64,000 nucleotides of DNA, from contig QZJO01000007.1 of assembly GCA_003599755.1 (NCBI GenBank), positions 41,221 to 105,220 of the forward strand, in the 5' to 3' direction. The DNA comes from Candidatus Parcubacteria bacterium (lineage in GTDB: Bacteria; Patescibacteriota; Minisyncoccia; Sungbacterales; SURF-37). The notes below the pieces were generated by a model that saw only the letters and a list, made by a program, of their open reading frames with translations, ran no database searches and was not told the DNA's origin. A program made the translations under genes and the position numbers. Of the stretch, positions 1-8,389 are shown in pieces (position 1 is the first letter of the stretch; each line of letters starts with the position of its first letter).

Positions 1-381
1 GGCTATCCGCCGCTTGCGACCTACGCGGTCGAAAACGGCAAACTGGTCCGCCATCCGGTCCAGCAGCCGGAAATTCCGCCGTATCCGCGCACGACCGCAG
101 AGCCGGAACTCTGGCGCTATAACGCACGGGACGACGCAAGCAGAAAAATTTCATTCGAAGAGACGCAACTATTGCAGCTCGATCCTTCCACGCGCTCGCC
201 CGACGGCTTCGCCCTCGAGCGGGGAAGCGGGGCCGAAAATATTTTCGAGGCGCTCTTCGGCGGCAGTCGGTATAACGAATGGTATCTGACGAAAAACGGT
301 TCCGCGCGGCGCATATCAATTAGTCCATCAACGCCATATTACGATTATAATCCGCAATTTTTAGGCTGGATTATTCCCTAA
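1..381 (+). CDS. Hypothetical protein, 5'-truncated by window edge
   Basis: Frame 1 is open from base 1 (GYPPLATYAVENGKLVRH...) to TAA at 379-381. Confidence 0.7.
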   Translation, partial: GYPPLATYAVENGKLVRHPVQQPEIPPYPRTTAEPELWRYNARDDASRKISFEETQLLQLDPSTRSPDGFALERGSGAENIFEALFGGSRYNEWYLTKNGSARRISISPSTPYYDYNPQFLGWIIP

Positions 382-397
382 TATTGCAGAGGACCTT

Positions 398-1390
398 ATG
401 AACAGAGAACAAGCGCTTGCCGAAATTCGCTCGTGGATCAGCCAAGGCATTATCAGCGAGGCCGATCTTTCGCGCACCATCGCCGCGGCCCCCGCTCCGG
501 AACGGGCCGGATGGATTCGGCATCGGTTCACCATTGCCGAGGTCCTCTACGCGCTCGGCGGTGTGCTCGTGCTGTCGGGCATCGGCGTACTCATCGCCCA
601 GCAGTGGCAAAACCTCCCGACGATCGCCCGGATTCTCGTGACGTTCGGCTCAGCCGTCGCCGCGTACGGTGTGGGCATCGCGCTGCTTTCGCACCCGGCG
701 CTCGGTAAGCTTGGGCAGGTATTCGCCGCGCTCTCGGGCATACTCATGCCGATTGGCGTCGCCACGATTCTATACGAAATGGATCTCGATATCGGCGCGC
801 TCAATACGCAAGTGCTCCTCGCGTCCGTATGTCTTCTTATCTTCGGCGTCTCGTCGGTCGTATTCCGCCGCACGGTATTCTATGTCTTCACGCTCCTGTT
901 CGGTACCTGGTTTTACTTTGCCACCGCACTCTGGCTCGTCGAAGGGAACCCCATGTTCCAGACCGGCCGCTTCATCCAATACCTTATTCTTATCGCCGGC
1001 GCAGCATATCTCGCGCTTGGGTATTACTTCGATCTGCGCAGTATGGAGTATGCGGCGCGGCGGTTGTATGCGATCGGTACGCTCGGATTCCTCGGCGCGG
1101 CATTCGCGCTCGGCGGATGGTTCCCGGATCAAAACGCATTTTGGGAATTCATTTTCCCGTTCCTCGCCGTCGGATTCATCTTCCTTTCCGTCCCGACCCG
1201 CTCGGGCGCGTTTCTGACGCTCGGCTCGCTCTTCCTCATGGGCTATATCGGAAAAATCACGGCCGAATACTTCGCCGACACGTTCGGCTGGGAGCTCTCG
1301 CTCGTAGTTGCGGGGCTTTTGGTAATGGCCACCGGATACGTAAGCTTGCGCCTGCGGAGGAAATATCTACGACCGGGCGAAGCGGCATAG
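398..1390 (+). CDS. Multi-pass membrane protein, DUF2157-like
   Basis: N-terminal WISQGIIS motif, then LYALGGVLVLSGIGVLIAQQW and about 10 hydrophobic helices. Confidence 0.75.
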   Translation: MNREQALAEIRSWISQGIISEADLSRTIAAAPAPERAGWIRHRFTIAEVLYALGGVLVLSGIGVLIAQQWQNLPTIARILVTFGSAVAAYGVGIALLSHPALGKLGQVFAALSGILMPIGVATILYEMDLDIGALNTQVLLASVCLLIFGVSSVVFRRTVFYVFTLLFGTWFYFATALWLVEGNPMFQTGRFIQYLILIAGAAYLALGYYFDLRSMEYAARRLYAIGTLGFLGAAFALGGWFPDQNAFWEFIFPFLAVGFIFLSVPTRSGAFLTLGSLFLMGYIGKITAEYFADTFGWELSLVVAGLLVMATGYVSLRLRRKYLRPGEAA

Positions 1391-1402
1391 AACCCGAAAA
1401 CT

Positions 1403-1442
1403 GCACCAAAAATCCCCCTCTGCAGAGGGGGATTTTTGGTGC
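1403..1442. terminator. Bidirectional intrinsic terminator
   Basis: Perfect 40-bp palindrome gcaccaaaaatccccctc-tgca-gagggggatttttggtgc between convergent genes. Confidence 0.85.
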
Positions 1443-1459
1443 TTCGACCGTTGGCGGCT

Positions 1460-2683
1460 CTAATTTTTCTTTATCAGCGCGATGCCTTCGGCATTGGTTT
1501 TGACCGGCACCTGATTGTCGACAAGGTAGTCCACGATCTCCTGCAGCGCGACCGATGAGGTATCGAACCCGCTCGAGTCCGACTCGTCGATGCGATGGAA
1601 TACGAGGATCAGCCATGTCTTGTCCCGGTCGGCTTGATCGATCCATTGCTTGATGGTTTCAACTGCGGTATCGCTCCGCAGCGAGAAGCTGTTCAGTACG
1701 TAGATATTTTGGATCTTTTCGTTGAATATCCCGCCGCTGCCGCGCGCGCCTTTGAATTCATTCTTCACGATGCGCAGCGACGTGGTATCCCATTCCCCGA
1801 ACGGATAGGAGAAGGTCATCACATCCGCCACGCCCAGTCCCTGCAGCGCTCGTTTGGAGCCGACGATTTCTTCGCGCATCTGGTCTTTGGTCAAAAGCGG
1901 CAGATGCGGATGCGTGCGCGTATGCGCGCCAATCTCATGGCCGCTTTGATACAGTCCCAGCACCTGGTCGGCGGTCATGAAATTGGTCTGGCCCAGTCGC
2001 TCGGTCGTGATATAGAACGTCGCCTTCAAGCCCGCGGCGGCGAGAATAGGCGCTGCTTCCTCGTACTGCGACAGCCATCCGTCATCGAAGTTAAGCGATA
2101 CGAATCCTTCCTCGAAGATCGGCTGCTTTTTGAGCTCGGCTAGCGAATATTCATCCGTTACGATGAATCCCGGCTCTTTGATGAGATGGAATATGGTCAT
2201 CGAGACCACGCCGGACGGTACGCGGAATACGGTTTCGAACTTTTCCCATTTACCCGCGGCTTCCGGCATGCCGATATCCATGTACCGAAGCGTCCCGTCC
2301 GCGAAACGGTACTGCACGGTCACGAAATTCGGAACGTTCGATTGGTAAAAATCCCGAAATTCGTAATAATTGCCCGCCGTGACTGGCACTTCAGCGAAAT
2401 ATACCTTCGCGTCGCCCGACGCATAGCGCGTGATCTCGACCTTCGCGCCCGGTCCGGATTTCCCCGACACCGGATAGGTATACGTCGCGTCGTTGTCGCC
2501 GTATCCGCCGCGGAACCAGCCGGCGGGCAGGCCGCCCACACCTGCGTCGGTCATGGACGGATTTTGAATGAGATTCGGCAGCGATGCGGCTTCTGCAGCG
2601 CCAATACCCGAACCCGCGAACACAAAACCTGCCGCGAGCAGGGCGAAGCCGTACCCTGCCGCTCGGATTACAATAAATTGCAT
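1460..2683 (-). CDS. Secreted polysaccharide deacetylase (NodB/CE4) with N-terminal carbohydrate-binding-like domain
   Basis: Signal peptide ending AEA; motifs NFDDG, HTRTH, FSYPFG, LVFH; start set at ATG 2683. Confidence 0.85.
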   Translation of the reverse strand: MQFIVIRAAGYGFALLAAGFVFAGSGIGAAEAASLPNLIQNPSMTDAGVGGLPAGWFRGGYGDNDATYTYPVSGKSGPGAKVEITRYASGDAKVYFAEVPVTAGNYYEFRDFYQSNVPNFVTVQYRFADGTLRYMDIGMPEAAGKWEKFETVFRVPSGVVSMTIFHLIKEPGFIVTDEYSLAELKKQPIFEEGFVSLNFDDGWLSQYEEAAPILAAAGLKATFYITTERLGQTNFMTADQVLGLYQSGHEIGAHTRTHPHLPLLTKDQMREEIVGSKRALQGLGVADVMTFSYPFGEWDTTSLRIVKNEFKGARGSGGIFNEKIQNIYVLNSFSLRSDTAVETIKQWIDQADRDKTWLILVFHRIDESDSSGFDTSSVALQEIVDYLVDNQVPVKTNAEGIALIKKN

Positions 2684-2833
2684 ATGAAAAGGGGACGGTT
2701 CGTTCCCGAGCTCCTTACCATTTTTTACTCCAATATTCCGGATAGTTCCGCGCGGCTGTACAAATTTTTCTTGTTGTGCTTTCGTAGTTACACCTATCGC
2801 TCCCGGCAATACATCCACACGGAGGAGATACAT

Positions 2834-3145
2834 ATGAATAAGACGGCGGGCCCTCTTCCGTACGACGACGCCGTGCGCACGGCTCTGATCGCAGCACTCG
2901 ATGGTATCGAGTCGGACCGGCGGCAGCAGCACATCATGCTGGAGAAGTTGGACCTCATTGCGAAGATGCAGATCCCGTCCGAGTCCTTTCCCGCGGTGCT
3001 GAAGGCCTGCGCCGAAGTACGGCGCGGACTCGATGCCGCGATGCAAGCACTGGCTCATGCCAGCGACCTGGACTGGTCATTCATGCATCATCTGCGCAAG
3101 GTCGCCGCAGGCGTCGTGGAGGACCTCGAGCACCGGCCGCAGTAA
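2834..3145 (+). CDS. Hypothetical helical protein, 103 aa
   Basis: GGAGGA Shine-Dalgarno at 2821-2826, ATG 2834, hairpin near 3170-3196. Confidence 0.7.
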   Translation: MNKTAGPLPYDDAVRTALIAALDGIESDRRQQHIMLEKLDLIAKMQIPSESFPAVLKACAEVRRGLDAAMQALAHASDLDWSFMHHLRKVAAGVVEDLEHRPQ

Positions 3146-3303
3146 AGCCGCGGCGCAATCATGACGAACCGCCCCATGCCAGATGGCACGGGGCGGGAAT
3201 ATTTTGGGAACTATACAAAGTTCAAAATTCTGAAATAGCGATTCAGCCAACCACGCGGGTTGGCTAAATTTATTTATGCAGTATTCTCAAAATAGTTCGA
3301 ACG

Positions 3304-3370
3304 GTTTTCGCCGCCGCTTTCGGCGCCGAAATGGAAAGCCCCCGCCCGCGCGCGGCTCCGCCGCGCCGAT
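3304..3370 (+). repeat. Left arm of perfect 67-bp inverted repeat
   Basis: Exact reverse complement of 4445-4511. Confidence 0.95.
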
Positions 3371-3544
3371 GACAATTTCAAGTTTTTAATCGAGTTAATC
3401 ATAACTCGATTTATCAAATTTTTCAAATAAGGGATGGTTGAAAAATTTGATGCTTTGGCGGCAAATTCTTTTACAAAAAATCAGGCCCACCGTTCGCATT
3501 GCGCTACTAGGTGGGCCCAGAACTGCTTCAGTCGCGGCGTGTCA

Positions 3545-4147
3545 CTAGGCTTCGGCGGCCTTGAGCACCGTCGTGGTGTCCCGCTTTCGCAACCGCCGGA
3601 TGACGGCCAGCGTGCGGGTCGCGATCGCGCCGAGGGCACCCGGCCCGCTCGACGCATCCATGGTCAGATGCCGACCGAACGCGACACCGAACGCGGCGGC
3701 GAGAGCGGACGTGATAACGTGACCGATCATCGCCTGTTGGGTCATGGTGACCTTGAAGATGAGGAATGTGAGCGCATCGCCCAGCGTCTTGTGCAGGTAG
3801 TCGTCGGGGCCGTAGTGGCCGAGCGCGAGGGTGTGCACGGCGCTGAAAAACAGAGGAACGATCACAGCGCCGAGACCGCCAGCGATGACGAATGAGCTGA
3901 ACACGCCGACTCCCCATCGGTGTCGGAGCGTGACGGCGAGCGTCACCACTGCCCCGATGCCGATGGCATGGATGAGCCACTCGAGAGCGGTGACCGGCAC
4001 CCTCAGATCGTAGAAGCGGATGATCCAGTTGGCGCCGAAGCTCTCGTTCGGCAGACGGGTGGCGAATGAGGCGTAGAGCGTCGCACCGATCTGCGCGAGC
4101 GCCAAGCACACCAGTGCCGTGATGGCGAACGCGATCTTCTTCTGCAT
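3545..4147 (-). CDS. Hypothetical membrane protein, cargo of the IR cassette
   Basis: 200 aa with 4-5 hydrophobic segments; AGGAGG SD (cctcct 4153-4158). Confidence 0.8.
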   Translation of the reverse strand: MQKKIAFAITALVCLALAQIGATLYASFATRLPNESFGANWIIRFYDLRVPVTALEWLIHAIGIGAVVTLAVTLRHRWGVGVFSSFVIAGGLGAVIVPLFFSAVHTLALGHYGPDDYLHKTLGDALTFLIFKVTMTQQAMIGHVITSALAAAFGVAFGRHLTMDASSGPGALGAIATRTLAVIRRLRKRDTTTVLKAAEA

Positions 4148-4303
4148 GTGAGCCTCCTTTTGTTCCTGCCTGCCTTTTGGTCAGGGCTTACGGAACGTAT
4201 GTGCCGCACCAGAATCTACGGCAACAAAGAAGAAACTAACCACTTAACACTCTCTTTGTTACCGTAGAATATAGCTTATTTAAAGTGCTAGTTTACTGCT
4301 TAA

Positions 4304-4332
4304 ATAATAGCATATCTATATGAAAAAGTCAA
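4304..4332 (-). promoter_or_regulatory. Sigma70-type promoter for 3545-4147
   Basis: TTGACT-17 bp-TATTAT with extended TG on the minus strand; leader IR 4215-4230/4253-4268. Confidence 0.6.
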
Positions 4333-4444
4333 ATAGCAGCAAGCACCGCTACTTTGAAAGAAGCTCAATGATTAAAAATTCTTTTTTCGCAAAACCAAAT
4401 ATGGTTCGAGCCGATGTTTTTCTTCCGGTTCTTTGGCAGTTTTT

Positions 4445-4511
4445 ATCGGCGCGGCGGAGCCGCGCGCGGGCGGGGGCTTTCCATTTCGGCGCCGAAAGCG
4501 GCGGCGAAAAC
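4445..4511 (-). repeat. Right arm of perfect 67-bp inverted repeat
   Basis: Exact reverse complement of 3304-3370. Confidence 0.95.
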
Positions 4512-5213
4512 GGGAATATCCACGAGTATGTCTATTACCACTGCACCAAGAAGTCAAAATTGAAATGTCCCGAACCTTGTATTCGCCAAGAAGAATTGGA
4601 TCGCCAGTTATCATCCCTTATTCAAAAATTTTCTTTGAGACCGGATTGGGCGGAAGAAATGCGGGGAATGTTGGAAAAAGAAAAATCGGAATCCGCCCAA
4701 TCCGCAACCGCTTTTGTTCAGGAAGCCGAAACCAAAATCCGCGCCATACAAACGAAGCTCCAGCGACTTCTTGATGGATATTTGGAGCAAGATATTGAGC
4801 GCGAAATTTACCGAACCGAGAAAGCAAAACTACTTTCCGAAAAGAAGTCGCTGGAAGAGCAAATGGCGCGGATTGAACAAAAGCGGACTGGCTGGCTCGA
4901 ACCGATGATGGAATGGATAAAAGAGGCAGAAAATCTGCCTGAAATCGCGCGGGAGAGCAACCTTTTTGCCAAAAAGGTTACCGTCAAAGAAATCTTTGGC
5001 TCGAACCTCGTCTTGGCCAACCGCGAGGCGCGCCTCACCGCGCCGAGCGGAGAGGATTTGTCGGGGGAATCCGTTTGGGCCGCGCTCCGCGCGGCCACCG
5101 AAATGGTCGGTCAAATTGCAAAAAGTCAGATTTTGGTGCGGTCAGCGGGAATCCAGCGCTGCGCGCCTAGAACCCGTCGCGGCACGCGTCTCCGCCTGCG
5201 GCGGATCCGCTAG
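4512..5213 (+). pseudogene. C-terminal fragment of a large serine recombinase (zinc ribbon and coiled coil); catalytic domain absent
   Basis: GNIHEYVYYHCTKKSKLKCPEPCIRQEELDRQL, then coiled coil KLQRLLDGYLEQDI; reads through the tRNA-derived att copy. Confidence 0.8.
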
Positions 5214-5357
5214 CACCGCTCTTTGAAACCTTGCGGTTTCAATTCTTCCACCACGGGGAAACTTTCGTTTCCCCGACCCCTTTCCCAGGTTCGATTCCCG
5301 GAACTGACGCACACAAAATGCATTCAGCCAACCACAAGGGTTGACTGAATGTATGTA

Positions 5358-5428
5358 TGCGGTCAGCGGGAATCGAACCCGCGTCTCGTCCTTGGCAAGG
5401 ACGCGTTCTACCACTAAACAATGACCGC
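5358..5428 (-). tRNA. tRNA-Gly(GCC)
   Basis: Cloverleaf GCGGTCA...TGACCGC-A; anticodon arm CGTCC-TT-GCC-AA-GGACG. Confidence 0.97.
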
Positions 5429-5457
5429 TTTAAATCTTCTGCCGGAAACCCGGCCGA

Positions 5458-5529
5458 TGCCTGGGGTCAGAATCGAACTGACGACGCCAGCCTCTTCAGG
5501 GCTGCGCTCTACCACTGAGCTACCCAGGC
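5458..5529 (-). tRNA. tRNA-Phe(GAA)
   Basis: Anticodon arm CAGCC-CT-GAA-GA-GGCTG; TTCGATT T-loop. Confidence 0.97.
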
Positions 5530-5554
5530 AAAAAGCTACTGCGTATGCGCAAGC

Positions 5555-5583
5555 ACTGTAGCAGAATATTTTCCGGTTTTCAA
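5555..5583 (-). promoter_or_regulatory. Probable promoter for tRNA-Phe/Gly
   Basis: TTGAAA-17 bp-TACAGT with extended TG. Confidence 0.55.
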
Positions 5584-5602
5584 CCGTTAATACGCCACTA
5601 TA

Positions 5603-5788
5603 TCAGATACGCCGGACTACTAGTGCCCTATCCACGAGAAGCCCGGCGATGCCGATGGCGACGATCAGCCACAGCGCCCAGCGAGGGAGCGGCTGGTGCG
5701 TACGCAAAGACCAGGCAGCACTGGCCAGGAGAAACGAAAATACTGCAAGGCCGAATATATCGAAAAATTCAGGTCGCAGGATCGGCAT
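5603..5788 (-). CDS. Small two-helix membrane protein, 61 aa
   Basis: Two hydrophobic segments; fills the gap between tRNAs. Confidence 0.65.
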   Translation of the reverse strand: MPILRPEFFDIFGLAVFSFLLASAAWSLRTHQPLPRWALWLIVAIGIAGLLVDRALVVRRI

Positions 5789-5809
5789 GGCAATCTATTC
5801 TATTGCATA

Positions 5810-5880
5810 TGGACCTAGCGAGAATCGAACTCGCGTCTCAGCAATGCGAATGCCGTGTACTACCACTGTACTATAGGCCC
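5810..5880 (-). tRNA. tRNA-Ala(CGC)
   Basis: G3:U70 pair; anticodon arm CGGCA-TT-CGC-AT-TGCTG. Confidence 0.95.
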
Positions 5881-5888
5881 GTAATCCC

Positions 5889-7079
5889 TTATGCGGCCGG
5901 CGTCGCTTCGCCCGTTTTGGGCGCGTCATCGGTCACGACACGGTCCGGCTCGCCTCGCTGAAGCTCCGGCGAAGCGGGCATGCCGAGCGCCATGCGGTGC
6001 TCCTTCGCGTCGATCGTGATGATCCGGAATTCCTGCTGGCTGCCGAGGGTGAGAAGCTCTTTCATGCGCGCCTCGGTGCCGAATTCGGAAATATGGGCAA
6101 GGCCCTGGATGTCTTCGTCGAGCTTTACGAATGCCCCGAACGGATTGAATTTCACCACGGTGCCGGTTACCAGATCGCCTTTATGATAGCGCTCTTCCAC
6201 CCGGCTCCACGGATCTTCTTTGAGGGCTTTCAACGAAAGGGAGACGCGCTCGCCTTCGACTGCGATGATTTTTGCCTTCACTTTTTGGCCGATGGAAAGC
6301 ACGTCGGCCGGATTCGTGATAAGCTGCCAATCAATTTCGGAAATGTGCACGAGTCCTTCGAGGCCTTCGCCGAAGCGGACAAACGCCCCGAACGACACGA
6401 GCCCCGCTACGTCGCCTTCGATCACGTCACCGACCTGGTAGGCGGACAATTTCTGACGCACGAGTTCCGTTTCGCGCGTTTTCTCGGAAAAAATGAGCTT
6501 TTCCTCGTTCGGATCGATGTCCAGAATCGTCACGGTCATGTCCTGGCCCACGAGTTTCTTAAGCTCCTCAAAGATTTTTTCCTTATCGCCGCCTTCAACC
6601 CGCGGATAATGCTCCTGGGAAAGCTGGGAAGCGGGGAGGAACCCGCGCATGCGCTGGAATTCAAGAATCAGGCCGCCGCGGTTGGCATCGAGCACTTTCA
6701 GAGTCAGCGGTTCGCGCGTTTCCATCAATTGGCGCAGGTCCTGCCAGCTCTTCTCGCGGCCCGCTTCCTTTAGCGAGAGCTCCACGTATCCCTCATCGTT
6801 GTCTACCTCGACGACTTTGGCGGTTACCGCGTCGCCGACGGCGAGGCCACGTACGATTTCGGTCGCCGCATAGTATTCGCGGCCGTAGACAATGCCGGTG
6901 CCACGGGCGCCTAAATCCACGAAAATGCGGCTGCCGCGCTTTTCAATGACTGTCCCGTCTACGATATCGCCGATTTTAAGAAATGTTCCGGGCTCGCTTT
7001 TCTGTTTTAAGAGCACCTCCATGGGGTGGCGGGCGCGGGCCAGAGCAGCGGTTTGGTTCTTTGCGATATTCCGTTCCAT
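5889..7079 (-). CDS. rpsA: 30S ribosomal protein S1-like (four S1 domains)
   Basis: Repeated FGAFV...GLVHISE S1 motifs; start set at MERNIAK. Confidence 0.9.
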   Translation of the reverse strand: MERNIAKNQTAALARARHPMEVLLKQKSEPGTFLKIGDIVDGTVIEKRGSRIFVDLGARGTGIVYGREYYAATEIVRGLAVGDAVTAKVVEVDNDEGYVELSLKEAGREKSWQDLRQLMETREPLTLKVLDANRGGLILEFQRMRGFLPASQLSQEHYPRVEGGDKEKIFEELKKLVGQDMTVTILDIDPNEEKLIFSEKTRETELVRQKLSAYQVGDVIEGDVAGLVSFGAFVRFGEGLEGLVHISEIDWQLITNPADVLSIGQKVKAKIIAVEGERVSLSLKALKEDPWSRVEERYHKGDLVTGTVVKFNPFGAFVKLDEDIQGLAHISEFGTEARMKELLTLGSQQEFRIITIDAKEHRMALGMPASPELQRGEPDRVVTDDAPKTGEATPAA

Positions 7080-7187
7080 ACGTACCCGAACACTATAGCC
7101 GGATGCCCGCTGATTGGCAAGATGCCGCATAATTGAGGCCTTTTCGGCCCGGGCCGAATATGCTACCCTTGAGTGGCCCCCAACCCT

Positions 7188-7844
7188 ATGACGATCATGT
7201 GGTACGGCCACGCCTGCTTCAAAATCGAGACGCGCGAGGCCACCCTCGCCATTGATCCGTTTTCCAAAAATATCGGCATCGCCGCGCCGCGGTTCCAGGC
7301 CGACGTGATACTCATGTCGCATGAACATCCCGCGCATGCCAACGCCGAATCGATTGGCGGCACGCCGCGCGTGATCACGGGGCCGGGGGAATACGAGGTC
7401 AAAGGGGTCGCGATCACCGGCATCCCGTCGTTCCACGACGCGGCAAAAGGCCAAGAACGCGGCCTCAATACGATTTGGCGCATCACGGCTGACGGCATGA
7501 CGATCGCGCACCTCGGCGATTTCGGCGAAAAGGATCTACGCGCGGAGACCCTCGAGGCGCTCGGCGCAGTCGATATCCTCCTGATTCCCGTGGGTGGCGC
7601 GCCGCATACCATTGCCGGCGAAACCGCAGCTGCGATCGCAAACCGCATCGAGCCTAAAATCGTGATCCCGATGCACTACGCGATCCCAGGCCTCTCGGTG
7701 GACATAGCTTCGCCCGACGCGTTCTTGAAGGCGTTCGGCGCAAGCGCTCCCGAACGATTGCCCAAGTTCGCCATCCGCTCCAAAGAATTGCCCGCAGAAG
7801 AAGAAACCCGTTTGGTGTTGCTCGCCGCGGGCGGCGAACGATAG
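7188..7844 (+). CDS. Metallo-beta-lactamase-fold hydrolase
   Basis: WYGHACF, IDPF, SHEHPAH, HLGD, IPMHY. Confidence 0.9.
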   Translation: MTIMWYGHACFKIETREATLAIDPFSKNIGIAAPRFQADVILMSHEHPAHANAESIGGTPRVITGPGEYEVKGVAITGIPSFHDAAKGQERGLNTIWRITADGMTIAHLGDFGEKDLRAETLEALGAVDILLIPVGGAPHTIAGETAAAIANRIEPKIVIPMHYAIPGLSVDIASPDAFLKAFGASAPERLPKFAIRSKELPAEEETRLVLLAAGGER

Positions 7845-7853
7845 CGTCCTCGT

Positions 7854-8381
7854 ATGGCATCGGAATTCCTCGGCAGATTGCGCAACCGGCCGGAACGGGA
7901 GCGCAAGATTCTCGGCATATCGGTCTACGTAGCAATCGCCGCGATCTCGATCGCGCTTTGGGTCGGATCTGTCCGCCACGCGATCGTCGGGATCGGCGCG
8001 CCCGAAACGGATACCCGGGAATTGCCCGGACCGCTCGAGAGTATTGGCAGGGAAATTTCGCAGTTCACCAACGCGGCAGGGGACCTCGTTTCTAAAACCG
8101 CTTCGCTCGGCGCCCAGCTTGGCGCAATCCGGCCCGGCAATCCGGACGTACCGGTGCTCGTGACGACTTCAACGCCCCCGGCGACAGACGCCGGGCAGGC
8201 GTCCGTCGCATCGGCCTCGAGTACAAAAACCGCTCCATCCGCACCCAGAGCTCCGGCCGACGCGCCAGCGCCGCAAACCGCGGCCGAACCCGCCGCGGCA
8301 ACCAATGAGCGAAGCGCCTGGGCCTCATTCAGCGCATGGATCACGAACTGGTTCGGATCAGATGAATCGTATAATCGATAG
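7854..8381 (+). CDS. Hypothetical single-pass membrane protein
   Basis: One TM helix and an Ala/Pro-rich tail; in line with gyrA. Confidence 0.7.
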   Translation: MASEFLGRLRNRPERERKILGISVYVAIAAISIALWVGSVRHAIVGIGAPETDTRELPGPLESIGREISQFTNAAGDLVSKTASLGAQLGAIRPGNPDVPVLVTTSTPPATDAGQASVASASSTKTAPSAPRAPADAPAPQTAAEPAAATNERSAWASFSAWITNWFGSDESYNR

Positions 8382-8389
8382 AAGGCGCA

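Larger units (their letters stand above)
3241..5153. mobile_element. Decayed serine-recombinase integrative element at tRNA-Gly 3' end
   Basis: 3241-3279 matches the tRNA-Gly flank 5322-5360 (33/39); 5137-5153 duplicates the tRNA 3' end; AT-rich spacers; recombinase remnant. Confidence 0.7.

Noticed and set aside
2684-3058. N-terminal extension of the deacetylase ORF to 532 aa
   Set aside because: It overlaps the SD-led gene at 2834-3145 on the other strand, and the signal peptide begins at 2683.
4320-4511. N-terminus of the 297-aa ORF as a real recombinase start
   Set aside because: It is translated spacer and IR sequence with no serine-recombinase catalytic motif.
5288-5312. Extra tRNA on the plus strand
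   Set aside because: Only a T-arm-like fragment; there is no D arm or anticodon arm.
7080-7511. Extended 540-aa S1 ORF
   Set aside because: It overlaps the MBL hydrolase on the opposite strand and has no S1 similarity.
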